In this document: piece after piece, positions 16,439 to 25,755 of the stretch
Layout: every line of letters starts with the position of its first letter
How positions within the stretch are numbered: position 1 is the first letter of the stretch
Origin: a virus
Taxonomy: Duplodnaviria; Heunggongvirae; Uroviricota; Caudoviricetes
Virus record (IMG/VR): IMGVR_UViG_2684622580_000006
Length of the DNA: 34,867 nucleotides
Strand: one strand, 5' to 3'
Made by a program: the position numbers and the translations under genes
Notes under the pieces: generated by a model
Seen by the model: only the letters and a program-made list of their open reading frames with translations
The model's database searches: none
What the model was told of the DNA's origin: nothing

Positions 16439-18000
16439 CATTAAAAGAATTTTTCACATTTAAAAAACCAGAACCTGAAAAGCGTTCGAAGGGTTACAGA
16501 TTAGTAAATTACAAACAACCGAAGCTTATTATCGATAACGACAAAGCTTATGGTTCAGAAATGAAACGTCTTATGGGTCCTCGTGTTGACCGTTTGGATG
16601 GTGATTTCAATACTAATCTGATCAGAACTGCAACGATTAATAACGAGATTCGAGGCAACGTTGAAAAACTGCGTGATATGTCCCGAACTCTGACAGTTAA
16701 CAGTCCGTTTGCAAAACATGCAGCACAATATCAGATTGATAACGTTATTGGTGAAGGTATTAATCCTCAACTGCGTATTCTTCAATCTAATGGTAAACCG
16801 AATAAGAAACTGAACTCTGCTATTTCAAATCAGTTTTATTTCTGGGCAGACTCTGCAAAACGTTTCAGTAAAAACGAGCGTATGAACTGGCGCAGATTCC
16901 AAGAAATGGTTGAACGTTCTCGTTTCGTTGATGGTGAAGTTTTTATCCGTATCTATGAAACAGAAACTGAATTTAAACTCGAACTAATTGAAGCTGCTCG
17001 CTGTAAATTCGGTGAAAGAGCAACAACTGAAAACGGTTATATTCTTGACGGTATCGAATACGACGCATCGAATACACCGATTCGTTATTACTTTGACAGC
17101 GTAAACCAATCGACTCAGACAGCATCAGGAAAGTCTTATTCTGTTGAAGCATCAGACATTATTCACTATTTCAAAGACGAGTTCCCTGATCAGCGTAGAG
17201 GTTATCCAGAGATAACTCCTAATATTGACGTAATGAATCAATACGACGCTTTCACAAAAGCCACTCTTGTTCAAAAACGTGCTGCCGCAAGTTCTATGGG
17301 TTTCATCACTCAAGATAAAGACGGTCAGGATAATATCGAACTCGATGACGATAACGAAATGCAAGAAACTCCTGAAATCATTCAGAACTTTGAATCAGGA
17401 ACAATTCATCAATTACCTGCTGGTTACGATATCAAGCAATTTAGCTCTACTCAGGGCGGTGATGATTACTTGAATTTCACAAGTCGTCTGGAAGATATGC
17501 TTGCAATGGGTTACGGCTTTTATAAGCAAGGCTGGAAAGGTGATACGTCAGGTATTAACTATTCTGCGGCTCGTTTTGGTGACTTAACTCAACGTAATAA
17601 ATTCCGTTCTGTTCAGCGCAATGTCAAAGAGCAAGTTTTTGAAACTATCTTCGAACGTTGGTTGACTTGGATGATTATGCAAGAGCGAATTCAAATGCGC
17701 ATGACTGCTATTCCAGAAGTGTTAAGACAGACTGTTTGGACATATCCAAAATGGGCATCAATCGATCCAAGCAAAGACGCACAGAAAGACGCGCTTGATG
17801 TTGAAAACGGTTTTAAATCTGCTGCTGACGTAATTATTGAACGCGGTGAAGATCCAGAACTGGTGTTTGCTCAGATTGAACAAGAGAAAACTCGTTTTGT
17901 TCCGAAATACAGTAATCAAATTGCGGTTGCTTCTGTTGCTGCTGATGCACAAGTGGAAGTTGCTGAAATTAATTCGGATAACAGCCAGGAAAACATCTAA
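16435..18000 (+). CDS. Portal protein (lambda gpB family)
   Basis: 521 aa; RLDGDFNTNLIRTATINNEIRGN...QYQIDNVIGEG and the C-terminal KDAQKDALDVENGFKSAADVIIERGEDPELVFAQIEQEK align to corresponding lambda gpB segments. Confidence 0.85.
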   Translation: MTLKEFFTFKKPEPEKRSKGYRLVNYKQPKLIIDNDKAYGSEMKRLMGPRVDRLDGDFNTNLIRTATINNEIRGNVEKLRDMSRTLTVNSPFAKHAAQYQIDNVIGEGINPQLRILQSNGKPNKKLNSAISNQFYFWADSAKRFSKNERMNWRRFQEMVERSRFVDGEVFIRIYETETEFKLELIEAARCKFGERATTENGYILDGIEYDASNTPIRYYFDSVNQSTQTASGKSYSVEASDIIHYFKDEFPDQRRGYPEITPNIDVMNQYDAFTKATLVQKRAAASSMGFITQDKDGQDNIELDDDNEMQETPEIIQNFESGTIHQLPAGYDIKQFSSTQGGDDYLNFTSRLEDMLAMGYGFYKQGWKGDTSGINYSAARFGDLTQRNKFRSVQRNVKEQVFETIFERWLTWMIMQERIQMRMTAIPEVLRQTVWTYPKWASIDPSKDAQKDALDVENGFKSAADVIIERGEDPELVFAQIEQEKTRFVPKYSNQIAVASVAADAQVEVAEINSDNSQENI

Positions 18001-18019
18001 ATACATTCAGTAAAACAAA

Positions 18020-18037
18020 GAGCGTCGAAAGACGCTC
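18020..18037 (+). other. Stem-loop with GAAA tetraloop in the 5' leader of the capsid gene
   Basis: gagcgtc-gaaa-gacgctc perfect 7-bp stem 17 nt upstream of the ATG; no U-tract after it. Confidence 0.35.
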
Positions 18038-18053
18038 AACAAGAGGAATCGAA

Positions 18054-20030
18054 ATGCTAAAACTAAAACGCGATTTCGAAGCCCAAGAAATTAAAATTAC
18101 TGATGATAGTTATGAAATTGCGTTCTCAAGTGAAACTCCTGTTGAACGTCAAATTCTCGATAGTTACGGTCAACCAATAACAGTTAATGAAATTCTTTTG
18201 CATGACGGTCCTCAAAATGCTGACCTCGAGCGAATCAATAACGGCGCTGCTCTGTTGTTTAACCATAATTTCGACAATCATCTAGGCGTTGTAATTCCCG
18301 GGTCTGTAAGAATCGATAATGACCGTAAAGGTCGCGCTGTTGTTAAATTCAGTAAAGTTGGTCAATTAGCTAACGAAATTAAATCAAAAATCGACGAAGG
18401 AACAATTTCTAAAATTTCTTTCGGCTACGACATTATTGAATATGAACTCAAAGGAGACGACTTGTTAGTTTCTCGTTGGAGTCCGTATGAAATTTCTTTC
18501 GTTACTGTTCCTGCTGACGACAAAGTTGGCTTGGGAAGACTTCTAAATACAGATGACAAAACAATTAACGTTGAAGGAAAAAGAATGAATTTTGGTGAAA
18601 TCACTCTCGAAGAACTTCAAACACTTTCTCGCGAACAACTTGCGGAAATGAATGTTGAAGAAATTGAAGCGATGCCAGAAGAACTTCGTTTGAAGCGTGA
18701 AGAACTATTAGCGGAAGAAGCTGATATTCAGGATATCAAAGAAGAAGTTCAAGAAGCATCCGAAGAACAGACTGTTCCAGAAAAACAGGAACAAGAAGTA
18801 CAGAAAACCGAAGCTGAAATTGAGGCTGAAAAAGCTGCTGAAATGGAAGCGCTAAATAAAGAAAAAGAACGAGTTGAAGAAATCGAAGATATTTCGGTTC
18901 GATACAAAGTTCCTTACGAAAAAACGAAATCTGCTATTGAAGACAAAATGTCTGTTTCTGATTTCAAACGCTCTATTAAACCTAATAACGCTCCTACGGT
19001 GGTAAGAAAAATGACTAAAGATACTCAAATTGAACTTGAAAACAAATTTAATCTGGCTAACGCAATGCGCGCAATTGCTGACGGTAAAGCACTGACTGGT
19101 GCAGAAGCTGAATATACTCAAGAAATGATTTCTAAACGTCAGAAAGCTGGTCGCGGTATCGTTTCTAACGGTCTGTATCTGCCTCTGTCAGTTCTGAAAG
19201 GCAAACGCGCTATTAACACTGTCCCGACTGTTTCCGCGATTCAGCAAGTTGAACAGCGTTATGACAGCTTTGTTGAAATGCTGCTTGCTCCGACTGTTCT
19301 AGGTCGTATGGGTGTTAACTTCCTGACTGGTCTGAATACTCCGATTTCTGTGCCTAAGCAAACTGCTAGTTCTGTTGATGCTTTCGGTTTCGTTGATGAA
19401 AACGGTGCTTCTCCAGAAGGCGAAAGCAAATTTGCTAACGTTCAGTTCATGCCGAAAACATTTACTGGTGGTAACCCGATTTCTCGTCAAGCGATGCTGA
19501 CTATGCCGAATCTTGAACAGTTTATTTCTGATCATATCGTTAAGCACTCACGCGCTAAACTGGAAGCTCTGATTCTGGGTTCTGCAACTGACGCTAAAGC
19601 TCCTGAATCTCTGGACGCTCAATTGACCGCTACTTCTATGGGCATGACCTATAAAGAATTCGTTAAAGCTGCTGCTAAAGCGAAAGGTAAAGGCGTTGAC
19701 ATGGACAAGTTCATGTATCTGATGGATGCCGAAACTGAAGGTGATCTGAAAACCACTCTGCGTGACGCTGGTGTTGCAGGTTACATCGTAGGTGAAGACA
19801 ACAAACTGGGTGGACACGAAGTTGTTGGTTCCGGTCTGGTTAAAGATGGCACTATCTTTGCTGGTGATTTCTCTGCTCTGACTGTTGCTGAGTGGGAAGG
19901 TATCGGTATTGATATCGACGACACAACTTATCGTAACGCAGGCGCTATCGTTCCTCGTGTTTGGGCTGACATCGACTGGAAAGTTACTGCTGACGACCGT
20001 CTGTTTAAATACGTAAAAACGGGAGCTTAA
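18054..20030 (+). CDS. Fused prohead protease - scaffold (coiled coil) - HK97-fold major capsid protein
   Basis: N-terminus carries U35/HK97-protease-like motifs (NHNFDNHLG; ISFGYD; YEISFVTVPAD); a central acidic coiled coil (about residues 190-290); the C-terminal 350 aa look like an HK97-type capsid protein. Confidence 0.75.
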   Translation: MLKLKRDFEAQEIKITDDSYEIAFSSETPVERQILDSYGQPITVNEILLHDGPQNADLERINNGAALLFNHNFDNHLGVVIPGSVRIDNDRKGRAVVKFSKVGQLANEIKSKIDEGTISKISFGYDIIEYELKGDDLLVSRWSPYEISFVTVPADDKVGLGRLLNTDDKTINVEGKRMNFGEITLEELQTLSREQLAEMNVEEIEAMPEELRLKREELLAEEADIQDIKEEVQEASEEQTVPEKQEQEVQKTEAEIEAEKAAEMEALNKEKERVEEIEDISVRYKVPYEKTKSAIEDKMSVSDFKRSIKPNNAPTVVRKMTKDTQIELENKFNLANAMRAIADGKALTGAEAEYTQEMISKRQKAGRGIVSNGLYLPLSVLKGKRAINTVPTVSAIQQVEQRYDSFVEMLLAPTVLGRMGVNFLTGLNTPISVPKQTASSVDAFGFVDENGASPEGESKFANVQFMPKTFTGGNPISRQAMLTMPNLEQFISDHIVKHSRAKLEALILGSATDAKAPESLDAQLTATSMGMTYKEFVKAAAKAKGKGVDMDKFMYLMDAETEGDLKTTLRDAGVAGYIVGEDNKLGGHEVVGSGLVKDGTIFAGDFSALTVAEWEGIGIDIDDTTYRNAGAIVPRVWADIDWKVTADDRLFKYVKTGA

Positions 20031-20101
20031 TTAACACAGGAGAACAAGCTTCTCCTGCTAAAGTTAAAAAGCCACGTGCTCTTAAGGTGAAATAAAAACG
20101 A

Positions 20102-20126
20102 AGGACTCCGAAAGGGGTCCTTTTTT
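20102..20126 (+). terminator. Intrinsic terminator after the capsid gene
   Basis: aggactcc-gaaa-ggggtcct stem with GAAA loop followed by tttttt. Confidence 0.6.
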
Positions 20127-20136
20127 CGTTTCTGGA

Positions 20137-20147
20137 CTAAATAAAAG
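20137..20147 (+). promoter_or_regulatory. Late-promoter-like motif CTAAATAAAAG
   Basis: One of several copies of CTAAATAAA(G) lying 13-30 nt upstream of late-gene start codons. Confidence 0.4.
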
Positions 20148-20161
20148 AAAAAGGAGACAAC

Positions 20162-20458
20162 ATGATTTTCCCATATACAGAAAAACAAAAACAGTCTTTC
20201 TTAACTCGTTTCGGTCAAAAAATTAAAATCAACGATAAAGACGCTCTCGGCATTGTTGAGATTGAAATTAATAACGATAACGGACAAGTAAGCGAGACAC
20301 TTTATATAACCGCTGATATTAATTCAATTAAGCAAGACGATTCTATTTTGTTAAACGAGATTTTGTATAACGTCGCTTATCTGACAAACGATGGTTCAGG
20401 ACTCGTGAATTGTTATCTTGCTTATAAAACTGAACAGGAGACCTCATTCTATGATTAA
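20162..20458 (+). CDS. Hypothetical structural protein (98 aa), possible head completion / adaptor
   Basis: AAGGAG SD; position between the capsid gene and the tail genes. Confidence 0.55.
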   Translation: MIFPYTEKQKQSFLTRFGQKIKINDKDALGIVEIEINNDNGQVSETLYITADINSIKQDDSILLNEILYNVAYLTNDGSGLVNCYLAYKTEQETSFYD

Positions 20459-20849
20459 TATGCCACGCTTGGGAATTAAACGAGCACTGGAAGAAATAAT
20501 TGTAAAAGAGCTAAAACTGAAATACGTAAAAAATGCTTTTACAACTGGAGTTACAGAAACAGTTCAAGTGATGATTCCAGAAATGACAGAAGAATACACA
20601 AGAATTAATCTTCAATCGAAGCTATCAGCCGTTTTGAATATTACGATTAACGTTTTCTCTGAGAAAAAAGAAACAGACGTTCACAAAGCTGTTTACGACC
20701 TGATTTCTATTAAAGCTGATGATCCGAAACTTCGAGAATTTAAAATCAATAAAATTTATCCGAGTTCGAGTTTTACCGATTACGACGGTGAAGCATCAAA
20801 TGGTCATGTTAGCGCACAAGTAATTTTAACTTTCGAATACATAATGTGA
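20451..20849 (+). CDS. Hypothetical structural protein (about 132 aa)
   Basis: The ATG at 20451 (AGGAG upstream) overlaps the upstream stop; the track start 20418 lies inside the previous gene. Confidence 0.5.
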   Translation: MINMPRLGIKRALEEIIVKELKLKYVKNAFTTGVTETVQVMIPEMTEEYTRINLQSKLSAVLNITINVFSEKKETDVHKAVYDLISIKADDPKLREFKINKIYPSSSFTDYDGEASNGHVSAQVILTFEYIM

Positions 20850-20856
20850 GGCAGAA

Positions 20857-21885
20857 ATGACAAATGATATTTTTGTAGGAAATAACGTAAGAGTTTCAGT
20901 AAACCCAGAAGTCGTTGAACAACCCGGCTATCACGACCCAGGATATATTTCAACTGCTAATCTTGCTGCTTTTCCTGTTATCGGTTTCAAGAAAGATGTC
21001 CAATCGCTAGAAGACTTTCGCGATGACTTTACGGTTAAATTATCCGGTGACGTAACAGTTAATGACACTTTTATAAGTCTTTTTGAAACTTCTGATGACC
21101 CAGTTTATCAGTTGCTTGATGAAGCGTTAATGGAAAAGAAACTAATCAGATTCAGAAACCTTTATGTTATCGATGGTGAATCGAAAAAAGAAAATGAATC
21201 CGGTCTGTATCATATTTTCAACGCTTGGGTAACTAAGAAAGAAACAACAGGCTCCGAAAACTCAGTTGTTACTACCACTTTTAATCTTTCTCCTGATGGT
21301 CAGATTTTCACTGGCTTTGCTGAATTCACTGCTCCGTTAAACGTTGGTGATTATGGCGTTGGTGCTGGTACAGAAGAAATCGAAGGTGTTAAAGATTTAG
21401 GTCTGTTGAGTGGTAATAGATGGGTAACAGTTGACGCAACGAACAGCGATAACCCTTATAACTCTGGCACGTCTGCTATGGCTATTCAGCATCCTGATGG
21501 ACAAGGTTGGGAGCTTATTGGTTCGTCAGTCGGTAATCCAAGTATCAGAATCAGAAATAAACAAATTGCACACGACGAATCTGTTACAGAATCTCCGTGG
21601 GTGAAAGTCTATACAGAACTTGAACGCCCTACTCCTGAAGATATTAACGCATTGCCAATTACTGGTGGAACTCTGAAAGGTTCACTTGTTATTGAGGAAT
21701 ATCTAACAGTACGTAAAAAGATTTCTGCTCCGCAAGGTGAAATTCTGGCTCTAAATAGTAATGAAATTAACTCAACTTCTGTAAAGGTCAAAGGCTCAGA
21801 AGTCTATTCTCCAAGTAACAAACCAACACCATTAGAGATTAATTGTGTAGCGTTAGGAGAAACTTTAGATGCAGGAGTTTTTTAA
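20857..21885 (+). CDS. Structural protein with a fiber-like C-terminal segment (342 aa)
   Basis: Contains LPITGGTLKGSL, a motif type common in tail fiber/tube accessory domains; lies between head and fiber genes. Confidence 0.55.
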   Translation: MTNDIFVGNNVRVSVNPEVVEQPGYHDPGYISTANLAAFPVIGFKKDVQSLEDFRDDFTVKLSGDVTVNDTFISLFETSDDPVYQLLDEALMEKKLIRFRNLYVIDGESKKENESGLYHIFNAWVTKKETTGSENSVVTTTFNLSPDGQIFTGFAEFTAPLNVGDYGVGAGTEEIEGVKDLGLLSGNRWVTVDATNSDNPYNSGTSAMAIQHPDGQGWELIGSSVGNPSIRIRNKQIAHDESVTESPWVKVYTELERPTPEDINALPITGGTLKGSLVIEEYLTVRKKISAPQGEILALNSNEINSTSVKVKGSEVYSPSNKPTPLEINCVALGETLDAGVF

Positions 21886-21897
21886 CGGATAAAGAAA

Positions 21898-24729
21898 ATG
21901 GCAAATAACAAAGTTAAACATTATAGAACAGACGTCGCCGGAAGAAAGCCAGAAGCAAAAAACATGCTTGATGGTGAAATCGCTATTAACTTAGCCGATC
22001 GAAAGATTTTCACTAAATTCGGTGACGCTGTTATTAACATCGGTAATGGTGCCGACGCTGTTGTTGAAGGTAGTCAGACCTTTACTGGCAAAATTAAAGC
22101 AAGTGATATTGAATCCGATTCGAATCTGACTTTAAAAAATCTTGATAAAAGCGATATTGTTTTTGCTGATGAACACGGTAAAGCAAAAGCACGTATTAGT
22201 TCTCCTGCTCAGACAGACTCTAAAGGTGAACTTCGTGTTACGGTAGCGAAAGGAAAAGCTACAGGAGAGAGTTCTGACTTCGTGCTTAACGGTAATGGTC
22301 AGTTATCTTTGCCTGCTGCTCCTGTTGCTCCTGATAGCGCTACGCGTAAAGATTACGTTGATTCTGAAATCAGCAAAGTTCAAACAGGTTCAAGTGCTGA
22401 CCTGACGAAACTCGAACAGAAAGTTGATGCTAACGACGCTGCTATTAACACTCGCGTTGATAATCTGAATTCAAAAGTTGACCAGAACGACACGGCTATT
22501 AATACGAAAGTTGATGCGAATAAAGCTGATGCTGACGAAAAGATTAAAGCAGTTAATGACCGTTTGACTGTTGATAATCAGACTCTGAAAGACATGATTG
22601 ACACCAAAGTTAATAAAGCTGGCGACACGATGACTGGCGACTTAACTGTTCCTAAGTTAAATGCTACTGACATTAGAACCACAAAGATGCTCGTTACAAC
22701 TAATCCTGTTGAAGCTAACGCTCTTGGTGATAACTCTATTGCTATGGGTGATGGTGATACAGGTCTGAAATGGCAATCTGATGGCAAATTGCAATCATGG
22801 TCGAATAATATTCCTGTAACAGAACTTGATAAGTCTGAAATCAAATTTAATAGAAACGCAACCTTTCGTTTCAGAAGCGATAACGGTGAAATTGACTTGA
22901 TGACTCCTGATGGTATGAGTCTTGTTAAAATTGATACTACGAAAGACGGTAATAACACTGGCGATTCTATCAGTTATCTGGGACTTGTTAACTCAGGAAA
23001 ATATAATCACTATCTGAGAGGCACAGGCAGAACTTATATTGATACTCACGAAGGTCTCGGTGTTGCTGGTCCTACAAGTTTCTATCAGACTATTTTTAAC
23101 AACAAAGGACACGGAAGCTACGATAGTGAATCATTGCCTATTTGGACTGATGCTGGATTTCAGACAAATCATCTTCGTAAACTTAGAGCTAGAGACGCCG
23201 CTACAATTTTTCATGAAGCTGTTGTTGGTGATCATGAAGATCCTAGAGCTAGACAATCGATAAGTTGGTGGCATGGCAATGGTCCTGAAACTTTCATTGC
23301 CTCGATGCAACAGGATGGAACAATTAACGCATATCGTTTTAATACGTCGGCTGAATATGAAGCGATTAATCTAAAAACGAAAAATCGCGAAGCTGCATAT
23401 ATTAGAGGCACAGACGGTGACAAAACCTCATGGTTATTTGGTCGTTTGAATCCCGGTGATAACAGGTTAATTGCTCGTTCTACTATCGACCAAGACGGAA
23501 GTTCTACTGTTGACTTGGAGTTGGATTCAGGAAGCAAATACTTCGGTGTTAATGTTGGTGGGAATAGAATTGCAAGATTTCATGAAAAGAATATTATTAT
23601 CGACGGAAGAAAATGGGCTGCAGACAATAGTCACGCGTGGGCAGACCAATGGAATCAACTTCCTCCTGTTGCTATAGAATTTGGTGCTGTTCCTGCTGCG
23701 AGTGATTATTATCCTGGTTATGCGTTACAAAGTAGCTCTGTTGGTTTTGGTTATTCAACTCGATTCGAACTTGGTATGATTCGTGCTCCTGCTGATCAAT
23801 TCGGTAAAGGTATTCTTCGTGTAGGAACATATGAAGAAGGTGCGTCGAAGAGAATGGCGAATTACGAGTTTGATATTGACGGAAGATTCGCAGTTCCTGG
23901 TAAAATTAATACTCCTTACGTGGAAACCGATCGTTTAACAAGCTTTGGTGTTCATACTAATAACTTGCTTGGTGGAAACTCTATTGCTTTCGGTGACCAA
24001 GATACGGGTATTCGTCAAAGATTCGACGGAAACTTAGAGATTATTACAGATTCGCTTCATCTGGCTACGTTTAATCCTTCAGGCTTAACTATTAATGATC
24101 GTATGATTTCAGTTAACGCTCCCAATAATTCTCGCGGTATTTACGTTGGAAATGTGAGAACTGGTAATGCTAATGCGATGATTCAAGGTCAAGTCGATGG
24201 ATGGGCTGATTGGGGTGCATGGCGTGATCGTCCTGCGGGAATGACCGTTGAAGCTCCTACTCGTTCGAAATGTATTAATATCTGGAAACATGTTCACTGG
24301 GGCACTGAATGGGGCGCTGCGATGGACGTTTATAATCCCGACGGTGCAGGTCCTGAAGCCCAATTACACGTTGGTGGTGCAAACTATCATTTCAGCGGTA
24401 ACGGAACAGCAAACGCCATTTCTTGGGTTAGCACTTCTGATAAACGTCTGAAATCAAATTTTGAAGAAATTGAAAACGCGGTTGATAAAGTCGAGAAACT
24501 TACTGGTTACGTATACGATAAGAAATCTGATTTAGTCGAAACTGAATATTCATTCGAAGTTCGTGAAGCAGGTATTATCGCTCAAGAATTGCAAGAGGTT
24601 CTTCCAGAAGCTGTTAGTTCTTTCGGACCTGACAAAATTCTTGGTGTTAACTCTGCTGCTGTAAACGCGTTGTTGGTTAATGCTATCAAGGAATTAAGTG
24701 CTCGCGTTAAAGAACTTGAAGCTAAATAA
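21898..24729 (+). CDS. Tail fiber / tailspike with a C-terminal S74 intramolecular chaperone (self-cleaving) domain
   Basis: 943 aa; imperfect repeats VDANDAAINTRVDNLNSKVDQNDTAINTKVD and GDTMTGDLTV; C-terminus SWVSTSDKRLKSNFEEIENAVDKVEKLTGYVY...GIIAQELQEVLPEAVS...LLVNAIKELSARVKELEAK is the classic peptidase S74 chaperone signature. Confidence 0.8.
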   Translation: MANNKVKHYRTDVAGRKPEAKNMLDGEIAINLADRKIFTKFGDAVINIGNGADAVVEGSQTFTGKIKASDIESDSNLTLKNLDKSDIVFADEHGKAKARISSPAQTDSKGELRVTVAKGKATGESSDFVLNGNGQLSLPAAPVAPDSATRKDYVDSEISKVQTGSSADLTKLEQKVDANDAAINTRVDNLNSKVDQNDTAINTKVDANKADADEKIKAVNDRLTVDNQTLKDMIDTKVNKAGDTMTGDLTVPKLNATDIRTTKMLVTTNPVEANALGDNSIAMGDGDTGLKWQSDGKLQSWSNNIPVTELDKSEIKFNRNATFRFRSDNGEIDLMTPDGMSLVKIDTTKDGNNTGDSISYLGLVNSGKYNHYLRGTGRTYIDTHEGLGVAGPTSFYQTIFNNKGHGSYDSESLPIWTDAGFQTNHLRKLRARDAATIFHEAVVGDHEDPRARQSISWWHGNGPETFIASMQQDGTINAYRFNTSAEYEAINLKTKNREAAYIRGTDGDKTSWLFGRLNPGDNRLIARSTIDQDGSSTVDLELDSGSKYFGVNVGGNRIARFHEKNIIIDGRKWAADNSHAWADQWNQLPPVAIEFGAVPAASDYYPGYALQSSSVGFGYSTRFELGMIRAPADQFGKGILRVGTYEEGASKRMANYEFDIDGRFAVPGKINTPYVETDRLTSFGVHTNNLLGGNSIAFGDQDTGIRQRFDGNLEIITDSLHLATFNPSGLTINDRMISVNAPNNSRGIYVGNVRTGNANAMIQGQVDGWADWGAWRDRPAGMTVEAPTRSKCINIWKHVHWGTEWGAAMDVYNPDGAGPEAQLHVGGANYHFSGNGTANAISWVSTSDKRLKSNFEEIENAVDKVEKLTGYVYDKKSDLVETEYSFEVREAGIIAQELQEVLPEAVSSFGPDKILGVNSAAVNALLVNAIKELSARVKELEAK

Positions 24730-24753
24730 CGAAAATGGGAGAAATCCCCTTTG

Positions 24754-24763
24754 CTAAATAAAC
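24754..24763 (+). promoter_or_regulatory. Late-promoter-like motif CTAAATAAAC
   Basis: 28 nt upstream of the ATG at 24791. Confidence 0.4.
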
Positions 24764-24790
24764 TATATTAACTCAAATAGGAAATTAAAA

Positions 24791-25270
24791 ATGGCAGACA
24801 AATTTGATATTTTTGCTGGCTCTTACGTCAGTGTGTTCTATAACTCAGAAATCACAAACACTGATATTAATTCAGAAAAGTTTGTTGAAATTCCTGAAAC
24901 TGGTGCATTCCCTTCTACGGGTATTGAGCGAGAAGTTATTACAGCTCCTAACTTCTCTCACAAATATTCCCGTAAACTGGTTGGTCGTGGCTCTGTTCCT
25001 GATATCGACTTGACTGTTAACTATATTCCAGAAAGCGTTCATGATGTTCTGATTAAGCTTGCGGAAGATGGCAAACGTGGTCAGTTCAAAATCGTTTATT
25101 GGGTCGATGCTTCTAAAGATCTGGGTGTTGCAAAAGTCTATAACGGCTTCTTGTCAAGCGCTGTTCACAATGGTGGAGAATCAGAAGTTTCTGGTCTGAC
25201 TCTGACTCTTTCTGTTGACGGTGGTCCAGTTGCTTCAGGCGTTATCGATACAACTACTCCTACTCCGTAA
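24791..25270 (+). CDS. Putative major tail (tube) protein
   Basis: 159 aa, beta-rich, size and pattern of siphovirus tube proteins; preceded by the late motif and followed by a strong terminator. Confidence 0.5.
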   Translation: MADKFDIFAGSYVSVFYNSEITNTDINSEKFVEIPETGAFPSTGIEREVITAPNFSHKYSRKLVGRGSVPDIDLTVNYIPESVHDVLIKLAEDGKRGQFKIVYWVDASKDLGVAKVYNGFLSSAVHNGGESEVSGLTLTLSVDGGPVASGVIDTTTPTP

Positions 25271-25286
25271 TATCGAAGTTGAACGA

Positions 25287-25311
25287 AGGACTCCTTGTGA
25301 GTCCTTTTTTT
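25287..25311 (+). terminator. Intrinsic terminator after the tail-tube-like gene
   Basis: aggactc-cttgt-gagtcct followed by ttttttt; same AGGACTC stem family as the terminator at 20102. Confidence 0.6.
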
Positions 25312-25315
25312 GGCT

Positions 25316-25325
25316 CTAAATAAAG
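25316..25325 (+). promoter_or_regulatory. Late-promoter-like motif CTAAATAAAG
   Basis: Exact 10-mer also at 29449 and 30938; 13 nt upstream of the ATG at 25339. Confidence 0.4.
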
Positions 25326-25338
25326 TCAGAGGTGAAAC

Positions 25339-25755
25339 ATGTTTAAATTTCAAGCTGACTTATCAAAATTACTGAATCGATATATCAACAAAGAACATCA
25401 ATTCGGTCAAAACGACTGTAATATCCTTGTTGCTGAATATATCGACCTTGTTTGTGTTACTGAATACACAGACAAATTAAAAGACAAATATACGAGTATT
25501 CCTGAAGGTCTCAAGATTTGCAAAAAACTCACTGGTTTTAACAACGTTCTCGAAGCTTGTGAAAATCATCTTGAGAAATCAGAAAAGATAGAAACTGGCT
25601 CGGTTATCTTAATTAAGAAAAAACATAAAAACCGTGTCTATTACGTTGCGTCCATCGTTTTCAATAATCAAGCATTAGTTGAACACGAAAACAAATACAA
25701 ACTAGTGAACGTCAACGATTTTAACTTTGAATTAATTTTTAACAGGAGAAAATAA
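25339..25755 (+). CDS. Hypothetical protein (138 aa), translationally coupled to the gpJ-like gene
   Basis: Stop overlaps the next ATG (TAATG). Confidence 0.55.
   Translation: MFKFQADLSKLLNRYINKEHQFGQNDCNILVAEYIDLVCVTEYTDKLKDKYTSIPEGLKICKKLTGFNNVLEACENHLEKSEKIETGSVILIKKKHKNRVYYVASIVFNNQALVEHENKYKLVNVNDFNFELIFNRRK

Noticed and set aside
20031-20095. Possible read-through or frameshift extension after the capsid stop (the frame TGEQASPAKVKKPRALKVK)
   Set aside because: No start codon or slippery site; the segment is better explained as two consecutive hairpins, including the terminator at 20102
14605-24451. Internal and antisense ORFs within terL, portal, capsid and fiber genes (e.g. 14605-14892, 16555-16785, 18852-19121, 19299-19817, 22578-22958, 23232-23537, 24109-24363)
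   Set aside because: All lie inside longer ORFs with clear homology and give low-complexity translations; shadow frames
21898-24729. Treating the 943-aa protein as a T4-type short or long tail fiber ortholog
   Set aside because: Only generic fiber motifs and the S74 chaperone domain are recognisable; there is no basis for a specific T4 orthology call
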